A stretch of 64,000 bases of DNA, from assembly GCA_965371175.1 (NCBI GenBank), contig CBDUXI010000006.1, forward strand, positions 13,973 through 77,972. Reading direction: 5' to 3'. Origin of the DNA: an uncultured bacterium. GTDB lineage: Bacteria > Nitrospirota > JACRHL01. Both the position numbers and the translations under genes were made by a program. Position 1 is the first letter of the stretch. Every line of letters begins with the position of its first letter. This document shows positions 1 through 9,644 of the stretch, in pieces. The notes beneath the pieces were generated by a model. It ran no database searches and was not told the origin of the DNA. It saw only the letters and a program-made list of their open reading frames with translations.

Positions 1-1134
1 GAACTGCTCAAAGCCATGGTGGAGGACGCGCCGTTCGTGGTGAACTGGCTCGATTCCCTGGGCGTGCTGTTCGACCGGGACGCCGACGGCAATCTGAAGG
101 TCAAAAAAGGTGGCGGCACCAGCCGGGCGCGTCTTTTGGCCTGTAAGGACTACACCGGCCTCGACATGATGCGGGTGCTCAAGGACACGGTGCTCAATGA
201 AGAGGCCATCAAGATCATTGAGTTTGCCCCCGCCATCGAACTGCTCACCGACGGCAACGGCACGGTCACCGGGGCGGTATTACAAAACCTGGATGTAGAC
301 CGGCGCATCGTGGTCAAGGCCAAGAGCGTCATCATGGCCACCGGCGGCATTGGCCGTCTGCACATTCAGAACTTTCCCACCAGCAACCATTTTGGCGCCA
401 CCGGCGATGCCCTGCCCCTGTGCTACCGGGTGGGGGCCAGACTGGCCTTTCCCGGCACCTTCCAGTACCACCCCACCGGGGCCATCTATCCGGAGCAGAT
501 GGCGGGCCTGTTGGTGACCGAGGCCATTCGCTCCGGCGGTGCACACCTGATCAACAAAAACGGCGAGCGGTTTGTAAACGAACTGGAAGCGCGCGATGCG
601 GTCTGCGCCGCCATCATCCGCGAATGCGCCGAAGGGCGCGGGGTGGATACCCCCATGGGACGGCAAGGCGTATGGCTGGACGTTCCGGTGATCGACGCGA
701 TCAACGGCGAAGGCGTGGTCACCCGGCGTTACCCGGGCATGCTCAGAAAGTACGGGCGCCACCACATCGACATCGCCACCGAGCCGGTGCTCATCTTCCC
801 CACCCTGCACTACCAGAACGGCGGCGTGGCCATCGGCGTCAACGGCGAGACCGAAATCCCCGGCCTGTACGTGGCGGGCGAAGCGTCCGGCGGCGTGCAC
901 GGCACCAACCGGCTCATGGGCAATTCGCTGCTGGACATCATCGTGTTCGGCACCCGCGCAGGCAATGTGGCGGCGCAGCGGGCCAAAGACACCCAGTTCG
1001 GCAAGCTCACCCTGAAGCATCTGGATGCCTTTAACGCAGACATGGCCAAGGCGAAGGTCAAGCCCGACATCACCTCGCCCATGCTGCTGCCCGATTATGT
1101 GCGCCGCCCGGAAGAAGAAGCGGGCGCGGCCTAG
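1..1134 (+). CDS. Partial (N-terminus outside window) FAD-dependent succinate dehydrogenase/fumarate reductase-family flavoprotein (or L-aspartate oxidase-like), C-terminal ~370 aa
   Basis: Frame open from nt 1. Motifs 'FQYHPTG' and 'LHYQNGGVAIG ... LYVAGEASGGVHGTNRLMGNSLLD' match the conserved HPT and H-Y-x-MGG regions of SdhA/FrdA/NadB flavoproteins. Followed 58 bp later by sucC. Confidence 0.75.
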   Translation, partial: ELLKAMVEDAPFVVNWLDSLGVLFDRDADGNLKVKKGGGTSRARLLACKDYTGLDMMRVLKDTVLNEEAIKIIEFAPAIELLTDGNGTVTGAVLQNLDVDRRIVVKAKSVIMATGGIGRLHIQNFPTSNHFGATGDALPLCYRVGARLAFPGTFQYHPTGAIYPEQMAGLLVTEAIRSGGAHLINKNGERFVNELEARDAVCAAIIRECAEGRGVDTPMGRQGVWLDVPVIDAINGEGVVTRRYPGMLRKYGRHHIDIATEPVLIFPTLHYQNGGVAIGVNGETEIPGLYVAGEASGGVHGTNRLMGNSLLDIIVFGTRAGNVAAQRAKDTQFGKLTLKHLDAFNADMAKAKVKPDITSPMLLPDYVRRPEEEAGAA

Positions 1135-1191
1135 CAATATCCGGCCCGGCAGGGCCATGTAAATCAGCACGGTAAGGAACAAAACGACGAC

Positions 1192-2352
1192 ATGAACGTT
1201 CACGAATACCAGGCCAAGGAACTTCTTAAAACATACGGCGTCACCGTGCCCGAAGGCGGCGTGGCGGTCACCCCGGCGGAAGCCGCCAATGTGGCCCGCG
1301 AACTGGGCGGCCCCGTGTGGGTGGTGAAAGCCCAGATTCACGCAGGCGGGCGCGGCAAGGCGGGCGGCGTCAAGGTGGTGAAATCCATCGAAGAGGTGAA
1401 AGCCGCCACCGAAAAAATGCTGGGTATGACCCTGGTGACCCATCAGACCGGACCGGAAGGCAAGGAAGTGCAGCGGGTCTACGTGGAAGACGGCTGTGAC
1501 ATTGCCCGTGAGCTGTATCTGGGTGCGGTGATCGACCGGGAGCACGGGGGCGTGACCATCATGGCCTCCACCGAAGGCGGCATGGAGATCGAGGAGGTAG
1601 CGGCAAAAACGCCGGAAAAAATCCTCATGGAGCCGATCGACCCGGCGGCGGGCCTGCAAGGGTTCCAGTGCCGCAACCTGGCCTTCAAACTGGGGCTCGA
1701 AGGCGCGCAGATCAAGGCGTTCTCCAAGTTCATGAGCGCGCTGTACACCGCCTTTGTGGAGACCGACTGCGCGCTGATGGAAATCAACCCGCTGGTGGTC
1801 ACCGGTGCAGGCGACATCATCGCGCTGGACGCAAAAATGAACTTCGATGCCAACGCCCTGTACCGGCACCCGCAAATCGAAGCCCTGCGCGACCTGACCG
1901 AGGAAGACCCGAAAGAGCTGGAAGCCGCCCGCCACGGGCTGAACTACATCGCCCTGGACGGCAACATCGGCTGCATGGTCAACGGTGCGGGGCTGGCCAT
2001 GTCGACCCTGGATATTATTCAACTAAAAGGCGGCACCCCCGCCAACTTCCTGGATGTGGGGGGCGGCGCCAATGCCGATCAGGTGCGTGAGGCGTTCAAG
2101 CTGATCCTTTCAGACAGCAAGGTGAAGGCGCTGATGGTCAACATCTTCGGCGGCATCATGCGCTGCGATATCATCGCGGAAGGCATCATCGAGGCGGCCC
2201 GGCAGGTGGACATCAACGTGCCCCTGATCGTGCGGCTGGAAGGGACCAACGTGGAACAAGGCAAGAAAATGCTGGCGGAAAGCGATGTGAAAATCATCGC
2301 CGCAGACAACCTCGACGACGCCGCCGAAAAGGCCGTGGCGGCAGTGGGGTAA
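1192..2352 (+). CDS. sucC: Succinyl-CoA synthetase (ADP-forming) beta subunit
   Basis: N-terminus '[17 protein letters not shown]' with full-length ATP-grasp domain and ligase-CoA domain. 386 aa. Adjacent to sucD. Confidence 0.95.
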   Translation: MNVHEYQAKELLKTYGVTVPEGGVAVTPAEAANVARELGGPVWVVKAQIHAGGRGKAGGVKVVKSIEEVKAATEKMLGMTLVTHQTGPEGKEVQRVYVEDGCDIARELYLGAVIDREHGGVTIMASTEGGMEIEEVAAKTPEKILMEPIDPAAGLQGFQCRNLAFKLGLEGAQIKAFSKFMSALYTAFVETDCALMEINPLVVTGAGDIIALDAKMNFDANALYRHPQIEALRDLTEEDPKELEAARHGLNYIALDGNIGCMVNGAGLAMSTLDIIQLKGGTPANFLDVGGGANADQVREAFKLILSDSKVKALMVNIFGGIMRCDIIAEGIIEAARQVDINVPLIVRLEGTNVEQGKKMLAESDVKIIAADNLDDAAEKAVAAVG

Positions 2353-2362
2353 GGGAAATATC

Positions 2363-3235
2363 ATGAGTGTACTGGTTAACAAACATACCAAGCTGATCTG
2401 TCAGGGCTTCACCGGAGCCCAGGGCACGTTTCATTCCGAACAGGCCATCGCCTACGGCACCAAAATGGTGGGCGGCGTCACCCCCGGAAAGGGCGGCATG
2501 GAGCATCTGAACCTGCCGGTGTTCAATACGGTGGAAGAAGCGGTGCTGACCACCAGCCCGGACGCCACCATGATCTATGTACCGCCGCCTTTCGCGGCCG
2601 ACGCCATCATGGAAGCGGCGGCGGCGGAAATCCCGCTGATCGTCTGCATCACCGAGGGTATTCCGGTGCTCGACATGGTGAAGGTCAAACGCTTTCTTTC
2701 CGGCAGAAAAAGCCGCCTGATCGGCCCCAACTGTCCGGGCGTCATTACCCCGGACGAGTGCAAGATCGGCATCATGCCGGGGCACATTCACAAGCGCGGC
2801 TCCATCGGCGTGGTCTCCCGTTCCGGCACCCTGACCTATGAAGCCGTCAAGCAGACGGCGGACGCGGGGCTGGGGCAGAGCACCTGCATCGGCATCGGCG
2901 GCGATCCGATCAACGGCACCGACTTTATCGACTGTTTAGAGATGTTCGAGAACGACCCGGAAACCAAAGGCATCATCATGATCGGTGAAATCGGCGGCTC
3001 GGCGGAGGAAGAGGCCGCAGAATATATCAAGGCCCACGTCAAGAAGCCGGTGGTGTCGTTCATTGCCGGGGCCACCGCGCCGCCGGGGCGGCGCATGGGC
3101 CACGCCGGCGCCATCATCGCCGGTGGCAAGGGCGGTGCCGAAGATAAATTCAAGGCGCTGGAAGCCGCCGGTGTCGCCACCGTCCGCAACCCGACCCAGC
3201 TGGGCACCCGCATGGCAGAGGTCATGAAGGGCTGA
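2363..3235 (+). CDS. sucD: Succinyl-CoA synthetase alpha subunit
   Basis: '[45 protein letters not shown]' and a conserved 'MGHAGAII' phosphohistidine region. 290 aa, 10 bp after sucC. Confidence 0.95.
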   Translation: MSVLVNKHTKLICQGFTGAQGTFHSEQAIAYGTKMVGGVTPGKGGMEHLNLPVFNTVEEAVLTTSPDATMIYVPPPFAADAIMEAAAAEIPLIVCITEGIPVLDMVKVKRFLSGRKSRLIGPNCPGVITPDECKIGIMPGHIHKRGSIGVVSRSGTLTYEAVKQTADAGLGQSTCIGIGGDPINGTDFIDCLEMFENDPETKGIIMIGEIGGSAEEEAAEYIKAHVKKPVVSFIAGATAPPGRRMGHAGAIIAGGKGGAEDKFKALEAAGVATVRNPTQLGTRMAEVMKG

Positions 3236-3256
3236 CGCCCGCTTGTTCAGGTCGCC

Positions 3257-4219
3257 ATGATCTACGCCACCGGATTTTACAAAGATAAGCGCTACGCCTC
3301 GATCGACGAAGTGGTCGCCGCAGCCACCAAGTGGCTGGAGGATGGCAAAATCGGCATGGTGGTGGGGTACGGCCGTCAGAGCCCGTTTACCGATCTGACC
3401 ATGCCCACCTTTGTGAATCGGGCAGAAAAGCTGGCCGACGAACTGGTGTGGAACCGGCTGTGCGATTACAACCTGCTCAACTACGCCAATCTGGGGGCGG
3501 GAGAGGCCCGGCGTGGCAACGGTGGCGTGGCCATCATGCTCAAGCCGTGCGAACTGCACAACCTGGACATCCTCATGGAAGAGGGCGACATGTCGAACGT
3601 GAATCACGACAACGTGATTCCCATGGTCATGGCCTGCGCAGGCGTGTGCGAAACCGAGGGGCTGAACGCCTATACCGAAGGCGATGCGGTGCTGAAGGTG
3701 CAGACCAAGTGCCTGGACTGCCCGGAATATGTGAGCGCCCACGGCCTCGAAAAAGTGGAGGCCGAACGGGCCGAGCGCGAAGATTACCAGCGCTACACGC
3801 GGCAGATTGAGGACGATTCCGAAATCGACTGGGGCACCACCCTGGACAAGTGCCTGCACTGCTACGCCTGCCGCAACGTCTGCCCGTCGTGCTACTGCAC
3901 CGACGGCTGCCCGGCGGATGAGGCCGCCACCGCCCATGTGAGCAACGCCCTCAAGGTCATCAAGGGCATCGACGCCAGCCGCCAGATGATCTACAACCTG
4001 GTGCGCACCTGGCATATTCAGTCGCGCTGCTCCGAGTGTCAGGAGTGCGAGCGGGTGTGCCCGGTGCACATTCCCATCATGGCGCTCAAATCCAAGCTGG
4101 GCCGGGATTTCGACGGCGAAGGCAGCCCCGGTGACGTGATTGGATTTTTGACCAACTTCGCCGCAAAAAACTTGGTTTCCAAAAAGCCGGACGCGGAACC
4201 GGCGGAGAACAAGCCGTGA
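3257..4219 (+). CDS. Fe-S protein with two ferredoxin-type CxxCxxCxxxCP motifs; N-terminal region possibly FrhB/FdhB-like
   Basis: 'CLHCYACRNVCPSCYC' and 'CSECQECERVCPVHIP' are 4Fe-4S motifs. 'KPCELHNLD' resembles the G-x-PC signature of FrhB-family proteins (weak). The stop overlaps the next gene's GTG start (GTGA). Confidence 0.6.
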   Translation: MIYATGFYKDKRYASIDEVVAAATKWLEDGKIGMVVGYGRQSPFTDLTMPTFVNRAEKLADELVWNRLCDYNLLNYANLGAGEARRGNGGVAIMLKPCELHNLDILMEEGDMSNVNHDNVIPMVMACAGVCETEGLNAYTEGDAVLKVQTKCLDCPEYVSAHGLEKVEAERAEREDYQRYTRQIEDDSEIDWGTTLDKCLHCYACRNVCPSCYCTDGCPADEAATAHVSNALKVIKGIDASRQMIYNLVRTWHIQSRCSECQECERVCPVHIPIMALKSKLGRDFDGEGSPGDVIGFLTNFAAKNLVSKKPDAEPAENKP

Positions 4220-5304
4220 GCCCGGCCGGCTTTATCCGGCCCGAAAACCTGTGGCGCATGGTGGATGTACTCCACGGTCAGGGAATTCGGGTGGTGGCCC
4301 CCACCCAGGTGGAAGCGCTGTGCCTGTTTGAGCCGGTAACCGCCTCCGATCAGGTGGTCACCGACTATCTGCTGCCGCAAAACACGTTCAAGGAGTTCCT
4401 GTTCCCCAAAGAAGAGCAGGTGTTTACCTGGATCAAAAACCCGGACGGCAGCTTTGCCGTGACCGAGCCGCCCCGTAATTTTCCCGAAACCGTCATTCTG
4501 GGCGCACGCCCGTGCGATTCTGCCGGTATTGCCATCTCGCTCACCTCGGTCTTTTCGGGCGAAAAGTTCGGTCATGAAGACCCGCTGTATATGGAGCGGC
4601 TGGCGGCCACCACCATCGTGTCTATCTCGTGCGATGCCCCCGACATTTCGTGCTTCTGCACCAGCATGGGGCTGGGGCCGGACGACCCCAAAGGCAGCGA
4701 CGTGCTGATCACCCAGACCTGCGAGGAATCGCCGGTATTCGTGGTGGAGGTGTTCGGCAAAAAAGGCGAGGCGTTCGCCCGCAATCTGGGCGACCTGCTG
4801 GAAACCGGTAGAAAGCCGAAAGAGCTGGCCGACCTGCGTGAGCAAGCAGGAGAGACCGCCCGCAAAAAGTTTGTGCGGGTGTTTGATATTGAGGGCGTGA
4901 AGGCGTTTCTGGACAACCCGGATAACTTCGACGATGAGCTGTTCGCCCGGCTGGGGCAAAAGTGCATCTCCTGCGGAGTGTGCACCTTTGAGTGCCCCAC
5001 CTGCCACTGCTTTGATTTAAAAGATGCCGGCACCAAAGAAGAGGGCGAGCGCATCAAGATATGGGATTCGTGCCAGCTGCCGGCCTTTACCATCCACGCC
5101 ACCGGCCACCAGCCGCGCCCGGAGCAGTGGGAGCGGTATCGCAACCGCTTTATGTGCAAGTTCAAATACTACGAAGATACGTTTGAAACCCAGGGTTGCA
5201 CCGGCTGCGGCCGCTGCGTGCGCGACTGCCCGGTGCATGTGGACATCACCAGCTATGCCATGCAGTCGAACAAAAAACAGCAGCTGATCGAGATTGGCTC
5301 ATGA
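4216..5304 (+). CDS. AsrA/HydB-like Fe-S subunit (anaerobic sulfite reductase subunit A / sulfhydrogenase beta family)
   Basis: 'ARPCDSAGI', 'CISCGVCTFECPTCHC' and 'CTGCGRCVRDCPVHV' align with the conserved Cys clusters of AsrA-type proteins. GTG start overlaps the upstream stop; its own stop overlaps the next ATG (ATGA). Confidence 0.8.
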   Translation: MSPAGFIRPENLWRMVDVLHGQGIRVVAPTQVEALCLFEPVTASDQVVTDYLLPQNTFKEFLFPKEEQVFTWIKNPDGSFAVTEPPRNFPETVILGARPCDSAGIAISLTSVFSGEKFGHEDPLYMERLAATTIVSISCDAPDISCFCTSMGLGPDDPKGSDVLITQTCEESPVFVVEVFGKKGEAFARNLGDLLETGRKPKELADLREQAGETARKKFVRVFDIEGVKAFLDNPDNFDDELFARLGQKCISCGVCTFECPTCHCFDLKDAGTKEEGERIKIWDSCQLPAFTIHATGHQPRPEQWERYRNRFMCKFKYYEDTFETQGCTGCGRCVRDCPVHVDITSYAMQSNKKQQLIEIGS

Positions 5305-6215
5305 GTTCCCCGGTACTTAATTCGACTTCCTCGCCGACCCTCTCGTCAGCCCCCACCGGGGCCAACCTGTACCTGCCCAAACTGGTGCGGATCGACAAGA
5401 TCATCCACGAAACCCACGACGTACGCACCCTGCGGCTGGTGTTTGTGGACGAGGCCGACCGCAAGGCGTTTTCCTACAAGGTGGGGCAGTTTGGTGAATT
5501 CTCCGTGTTCGGGGTGGGGGAGGCCACGTTCAATATCTCATCGTCCCCCACATGGGACGGGTATTTCGAGTGCTGCTTCCGCACCGTGGGCGAGGTGACC
5601 CGCGCCCTGGCCCTGCACAAGGAAGGCGATATCATCGGCTTTAGAGGGCCGTACGGCAATTGGTACGACCTGGAAAAAATGCAGGGCAAAGACCTGATCT
5701 TTGCTGCGGGCGGCATCGGTTTTCCGCCCATCCGCTGCCTGGTCTGGAACGTGCTGGCCGAGCGCGAAAAATACGGCTCCATCACCGTGGTGCACGGGGC
5801 GCGTACCCACAACGATCTGGTCTATCAGAGCGAACTTGACGAGTGGTCAAAACGGCGCGATATGCACGTGGTGAAAACCGTCGACCCCGGCGGTGAGCCG
5901 GAAGACTGGGACGGCGAGGTGGGGTTTGTGCCGTCGGTCATCGAAGAGAAAGTCCCGTGGATTCTGGAGCGGGAGGGCAAGGGTCTCAAAAACGCCATGG
6001 CGTTTGCCTGCGGCCCGCCGGTGATGACCAAATTTGTCATCGCCGCCCTCACCGGCATGGGTTTCGGGCTGGATCAAATCGGCCTCACGCTCGAAAACAA
6101 GATGAAGTGCGCGGTGGGCAAGTGCGGACGGTGTAACATCGGCAGCACCTATGTGTGCCTGGACGGCCCGATTTTTACCGCCGATCAGGTGGCATTATTA
6201 CCGGATGATCAATAG
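5301..6215 (+). CDS. AsrB/HydG/PyrK-like FAD/NAD(P)H-binding oxidoreductase subunit with C-terminal 2Fe-2S
   Basis: Ferredoxin-NADP reductase-like fold with 'GGIGFPPIRCL', and a C-terminal 'CAVGKCGRCNIG' 2Fe-2S motif typical of AsrB/sulfhydrogenase gamma/PyrK. ATG at 5301 overlaps the upstream stop. Confidence 0.8.
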   Translation: MSSPVLNSTSSPTLSSAPTGANLYLPKLVRIDKIIHETHDVRTLRLVFVDEADRKAFSYKVGQFGEFSVFGVGEATFNISSSPTWDGYFECCFRTVGEVTRALALHKEGDIIGFRGPYGNWYDLEKMQGKDLIFAAGGIGFPPIRCLVWNVLAEREKYGSITVVHGARTHNDLVYQSELDEWSKRRDMHVVKTVDPGGEPEDWDGEVGFVPSVIEEKVPWILEREGKGLKNAMAFACGPPVMTKFVIAALTGMGFGLDQIGLTLENKMKCAVGKCGRCNIGSTYVCLDGPIFTADQVALLPDDQ

Positions 6216-6263
6216 GCACGGCGAACAGGAACGACCATGAGAGAGCGGCAAGAAGGAGGGGGC

Positions 6264-6794
6264 ATGAAAATTAAAGACCTGTCGATTCTGGAGGTGCGCA
6301 TCTTAAAGCACCTGTACTGCCAGAACCCGCACCGCAATTACCGTGACCCGTCCCTGCGCTTTAAATACGAGCGCGGGCTGGAACCCACCTCCACCAACGG
6401 CATGAAGCTGCGGTTACTGCTGTCCGGGGTCAAGAGCGGCTCCGACCTGCGCCAGCGCCTGAACCCGTCGGTCTGCCTGCCGGGCGGCACCTACGGCTTT
6501 ATCTACAGCCAGTTGAAAGCCCCGAAGATTGTGGACGGCACGCGCACGCTCATGACCGAGTCGTTCAAGCGCAGTTATCACGACACCCTGCGTATTTTGA
6601 TTGCCAAAGGCCTGGTGGACGGCTTTATCGCCGGCTACGACATCGCCGAGGGGGAAGACGGCTTTCGCGCCCCGGTCCCGGCCCGCTGGCAGAAATCGGA
6701 CGGCGACTGCGTACTGGTGAACGTGAGCCTGACCGAAGACGGTTTTCAGGTGGCGAGAGGCATCTTTTTGCAACTGGCCGAGGAGGGGGATTGA
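6264..6794 (+). CDS. Hypothetical protein
   Basis: ORF with a strong RBS (AAGGAGGGGG) before the ATG at 6264. No recognisable motifs. Confidence 0.5.
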   Translation: MKIKDLSILEVRILKHLYCQNPHRNYRDPSLRFKYERGLEPTSTNGMKLRLLLSGVKSGSDLRQRLNPSVCLPGGTYGFIYSQLKAPKIVDGTRTLMTESFKRSYHDTLRILIAKGLVDGFIAGYDIAEGEDGFRAPVPARWQKSDGDCVLVNVSLTEDGFQVARGIFLQLAEEGD

Positions 6795-7393
6795 GCCGTA
6801 ACCCCACGCGGCTTTACGTCACCCGCCACGGGCAGACAGACGCCAACCTGCAACGGCGGGTGCAGGGCCAAGGCGATACGCCGCTAAACGCCACCGGCGT
6901 GGCGCAAGCCGGGGAACTGGCGGATTATTTTGCGGGGAAAACAGTGGATGCCATCGTCTCGTCCGACCTGCCCCGCGCCCGGCAAACGGCGGAACTGCTG
7001 GCCGAACGGTTAAAAATTCCCGTCAGCTACCACCCGGAGTTGCGCGCCCGGCGCATGGGCGATTACGAAAATAAAACCCACGCAGAGCTTGTGGCCGCCG
7101 ATCCGGAAAATTTCAAACGGTTAAAGCACGATCCGGATTTCGTGCCGCCGGGCGGGGGCGAATCCACCCACATGCTGATGGAGCGCATGGCCCCGTTTAT
7201 TCAGGCGACTGCGGAGCGGCATGCGGGCGGGGCGGTGATCGTGCTGTCGCATCACAAAATCTGCCAGTTGATTGTGGCGAAAATCGCCGGGGGCGAAGTA
7301 ACGCCGATCCCCAACGCGCGGCCCGCCATCGTGATCTATGATGAAACCGGCTACCGTATCCAACCACAGGAGGTCCCCCATGGCGCTGCTTGA
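6791..7393 (+). CDS. Histidine phosphatase family protein (phosphoglycerate mutase-like)
   Basis: 'VTRHGQTDAN' RHG catalytic motif. TTG start preceded by an AGGAGGGGGA RBS. Overlaps the upstream stop. Confidence 0.8.
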   Translation: MSRNPTRLYVTRHGQTDANLQRRVQGQGDTPLNATGVAQAGELADYFAGKTVDAIVSSDLPRARQTAELLAERLKIPVSYHPELRARRMGDYENKTHAELVAADPENFKRLKHDPDFVPPGGGESTHMLMERMAPFIQATAERHAGGAVIVLSHHKICQLIVAKIAGGEVTPIPNARPAIVIYDETGYRIQPQEVPHGAA

Positions 7394-7937
7394 AACCGAA
7401 AACATCCCCATGGGCACGCCGTGCCCGGACTTTGAACTGCCGGGGGTGGACGGCAAAACCTACAAATGCTGTGACGACTTTGCCGGCTCCGACGTGCTGG
7501 TGATCATGTTCATCTGCAACCACTGCCCGTACGTGATCGCCATCGAAGACCGCTACGTGGCCCTGGCCCGGTATTTTGAACATGCCAGCGTGCAGTTTGT
7601 GGGCATCTGCTCCAACGACCCGGACGACTACCCGCAGGACAATTTTGAAAACATGAAAAAACGGGCGCAGCAGAAGGGGTACGGCTTTCCGTATTTGCAG
7701 GATTTGTCGCAACAAACGGGCAAGGATTTCGGCGCGGTCTGCACCCCGGATATTTATGTGTACGACAAAAACCGGGGCCTCGCCTACCACGGCCGCTTCG
7801 ACGATAGCTGGCAGGTGCCGGAAAAGGTGAAGGAAGAGAGTTTAAAAATCGCCATCCAGACCCTGCTGGACGGCGGCGCACCGGGGGCGGATCAGGTGCC
7901 GAGCATGGGGTGTTCGATCAAGTGGCGGCGGGGGTGA
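7380..7937 (+). CDS. Thioredoxin-like/redoxin family protein
   Basis: 'MFICNHCPYV' thioredoxin-fold CxxC-type active-site region. AGGAGG RBS before the ATG at 7380. Confidence 0.7.
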   Translation: MALLETENIPMGTPCPDFELPGVDGKTYKCCDDFAGSDVLVIMFICNHCPYVIAIEDRYVALARYFEHASVQFVGICSNDPDDYPQDNFENMKKRAQQKGYGFPYLQDLSQQTGKDFGAVCTPDIYVYDKNRGLAYHGRFDDSWQVPEKVKEESLKIAIQTLLDGGAPGADQVPSMGCSIKWRRG

Positions 7938-7968
7938 TGTTCGTTTCAGACTTTCAATGAGAGGCATT

Positions 7969-8361
7969 ATGGACACTCTTCACATTCACCTGTTTAAAAG
8001 TAGTTTTGGACCATTTATTAGCCTCTTGAATAAGCATGCTATTGCTTATAGCATGAGAGAGCAGCGCGCTGGCGTACCAATGGCGTCCTCTTCCGGAGTA
8101 GTTGAGGTTCTGACGTCACCAGCAATGTGGGGCGCACTTGCTATAGTGATTCGCACATTCATAAAGAGTCAACATGATCGCAAGGTAATAATCACTACAA
8201 AAGACAATGACATCATCCATGCCGAAGGGCTTACAGCTGCTGAGTTGGAGAGCGTATTGGAACGTTCACGGAGCTTTGCCGCCATAGAAACGGGAAAGAT
8301 TCCAAATAATCCAGATTCAGAAAAGGTTGAAGTTATCGGTAGGAATTTACCAAATGGGTAG
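7969..8361 (+). CDS. Hypothetical protein (gene A of the AT-rich island); start could be 7957
   Basis: ORF in a strongly AT-rich segment, with a GAGAGG RBS before the ATG at 7969. One hydrophobic helix ('SPAMWGALAIVIRTFI'). No known motifs. Confidence 0.5.
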   Translation: MDTLHIHLFKSSFGPFISLLNKHAIAYSMREQRAGVPMASSSGVVEVLTSPAMWGALAIVIRTFIKSQHDRKVIITTKDNDIIHAEGLTAAELESVLERSRSFAAIETGKIPNNPDSEKVEVIGRNLPNG

Positions 8362-8878
8362 CGAATTTAGTGATTTTCTGGCATTCCTAACAGGTGTGGG
8401 TGTTACGCTCGTTGTAGGGTTGTTTACAGGGCGTGCAATTTATAGAGCCACGGCAGATATCAAGAAGCCGGATGTTGTTGGTGAAGATGAATGGGAAAAG
8501 TTCTGGAGTAGTGGGGGAAAGAGAGGGAAAGTTTGGATTGGCGTGTTGGAACGGATCCTGTTTTTCTTGTGTATTTGGAGTGGTTCTATAGCCCTTATTG
8601 CGGCGCTCCTTGCGTTTAAAGTTGCGACAAAATGGCGATCGTGGGATGTAATCGTCGGCTTGGCTAATTCTTTTTCGGGAGGTAAAAAAAGCCCGAGCGC
8701 GGAGGGTGCGACACCTGAATCGGGCGGATTCGTTCACCTAACCGCACGGAAGGCTATCGGATCTCGGGTTGTTACCAGTTCCCTTGTTGGGACAATGTGG
8801 AACCTGTTGGCGGCTTTTATTGGGGTTGGTTTTGGACAAGAGGTATTTCCAGCGGCGCTGAAATGGTTACAGTGCTAG
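8354..8878 (+). CDS. Hypothetical multi-pass membrane protein (gene B of the AT-rich island)
   Basis: The ATG at 8354 overlaps gene A's stop (ATGGGTAG). Predicted TM segments: 'FLAFLTGVGVTLVVGLF', 'ILFFLCIWSGSIALIAALLAF' and 'MWNLLAAFIGVGFG'. The intervening loop is Lys/Glu-rich. Alternative TTG start at 8327. Confidence 0.55.
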   Translation: MGSEFSDFLAFLTGVGVTLVVGLFTGRAIYRATADIKKPDVVGEDEWEKFWSSGGKRGKVWIGVLERILFFLCIWSGSIALIAALLAFKVATKWRSWDVIVGLANSFSGGKKSPSAEGATPESGGFVHLTARKAIGSRVVTSSLVGTMWNLLAAFIGVGFGQEVFPAALKWLQC

Positions 8879-8968
8879 CCCGTAGGTCGGGCTGAATACA
8901 ACACACCCCACCACCACCAAACCGGGCAGCCCGCCCCGGCGGGCAAATGCACAACGGGGGACAAGCCC

Positions 8969-9478
8969 ATGATCATTTACCGCGAAGAAGAACCGGGCGA
9001 TCACGACGCCATTTTCCAGATCAACCAGCGGGCCTTTGGCGGCGACGAAGAGGCGCGGCTGGTGGATGCGCTGCGTAAACAGAAACTTGTGATTACCTCC
9101 CGCGTGGCGGAGACGGTGACGAATGGGGCCGGGGTGGTGGGGCACATTCTGTTCAGCACGCTGCCCATCAAGGGAAAAAATAAAACCATCAAGGCGGCGG
9201 CGCTGGCGCCCATGGCGGTGGACCTGGAATGGCAGGGGCGGGGCATCGGCTCCAGGCTGGTGCTGGACGGGCTTGCGGAATGCCTGGAGCGGGGGGTGGA
9301 GGCCGTTATTGTGGTGGGTCACCCCAGGTACTACCCCCGCTTCGGCTTTTCCGCCGCCATGGCCGAAAACCTTTCCGCCCCGTTCTCCGGCGAGGCGTTC
9401 ATGGCCGTGGAACTTGTCCCCGGCGTGCTTTCCGGCTTTTCCGGCACGGTAAAATACCCGTCGCCGTTCGGCTGCTAG
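8969..9478 (+). CDS. GNAT family N-acetyltransferase
   Basis: 169 aa. 'QGRGIGSRLV' acetyl-CoA-binding motif in a GNAT-sized protein. Confidence 0.85.
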   Translation: MIIYREEEPGDHDAIFQINQRAFGGDEEARLVDALRKQKLVITSRVAETVTNGAGVVGHILFSTLPIKGKNKTIKAAALAPMAVDLEWQGRGIGSRLVLDGLAECLERGVEAVIVVGHPRYYPRFGFSAAMAENLSAPFSGEAFMAVELVPGVLSGFSGTVKYPSPFGC

Positions 9479-9644
9479 GGTGGTAACCCTTCGACTTAGC
9501 TCAGGGCGAACGGTTGGAAGGGCGGGCCGCATCGGTGCTTTGGGCACGCGCCCCCTGATCGGTGCTGAAAAAATCGAAAAAACCTGATAGGTTGTGACCG
9601 GCCCGGACGACGCGAATCAAACCGCCGGATACGGAGAAAAAAGG

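Noticed and set aside
280-2022. 580-aa ORF on the minus strand antisense to the flavoprotein/sucC genes
   Set aside because: Low-complexity Arg/Gly/His-rich translation typical of antisense frames in high-GC DNA. It overlaps well-supported sucC and the Frd-like flavoprotein.
2936-5007. Minus-strand ORFs (377 aa and 322 aa) antisense to sucD and the Fe-S/AsrA-like genes
   Set aside because: No motifs. Their composition is the mirror of genes on the plus strand that show clear homology and start/stop coupling.
9480-9600. tRNA-like 'TAGCTCAGGG' string in the GNAT-lipoprotein spacer
   Set aside because: No cloverleaf can be drawn. There is no acceptor stem pairing and no T-loop GTTCGA/TCC consensus.
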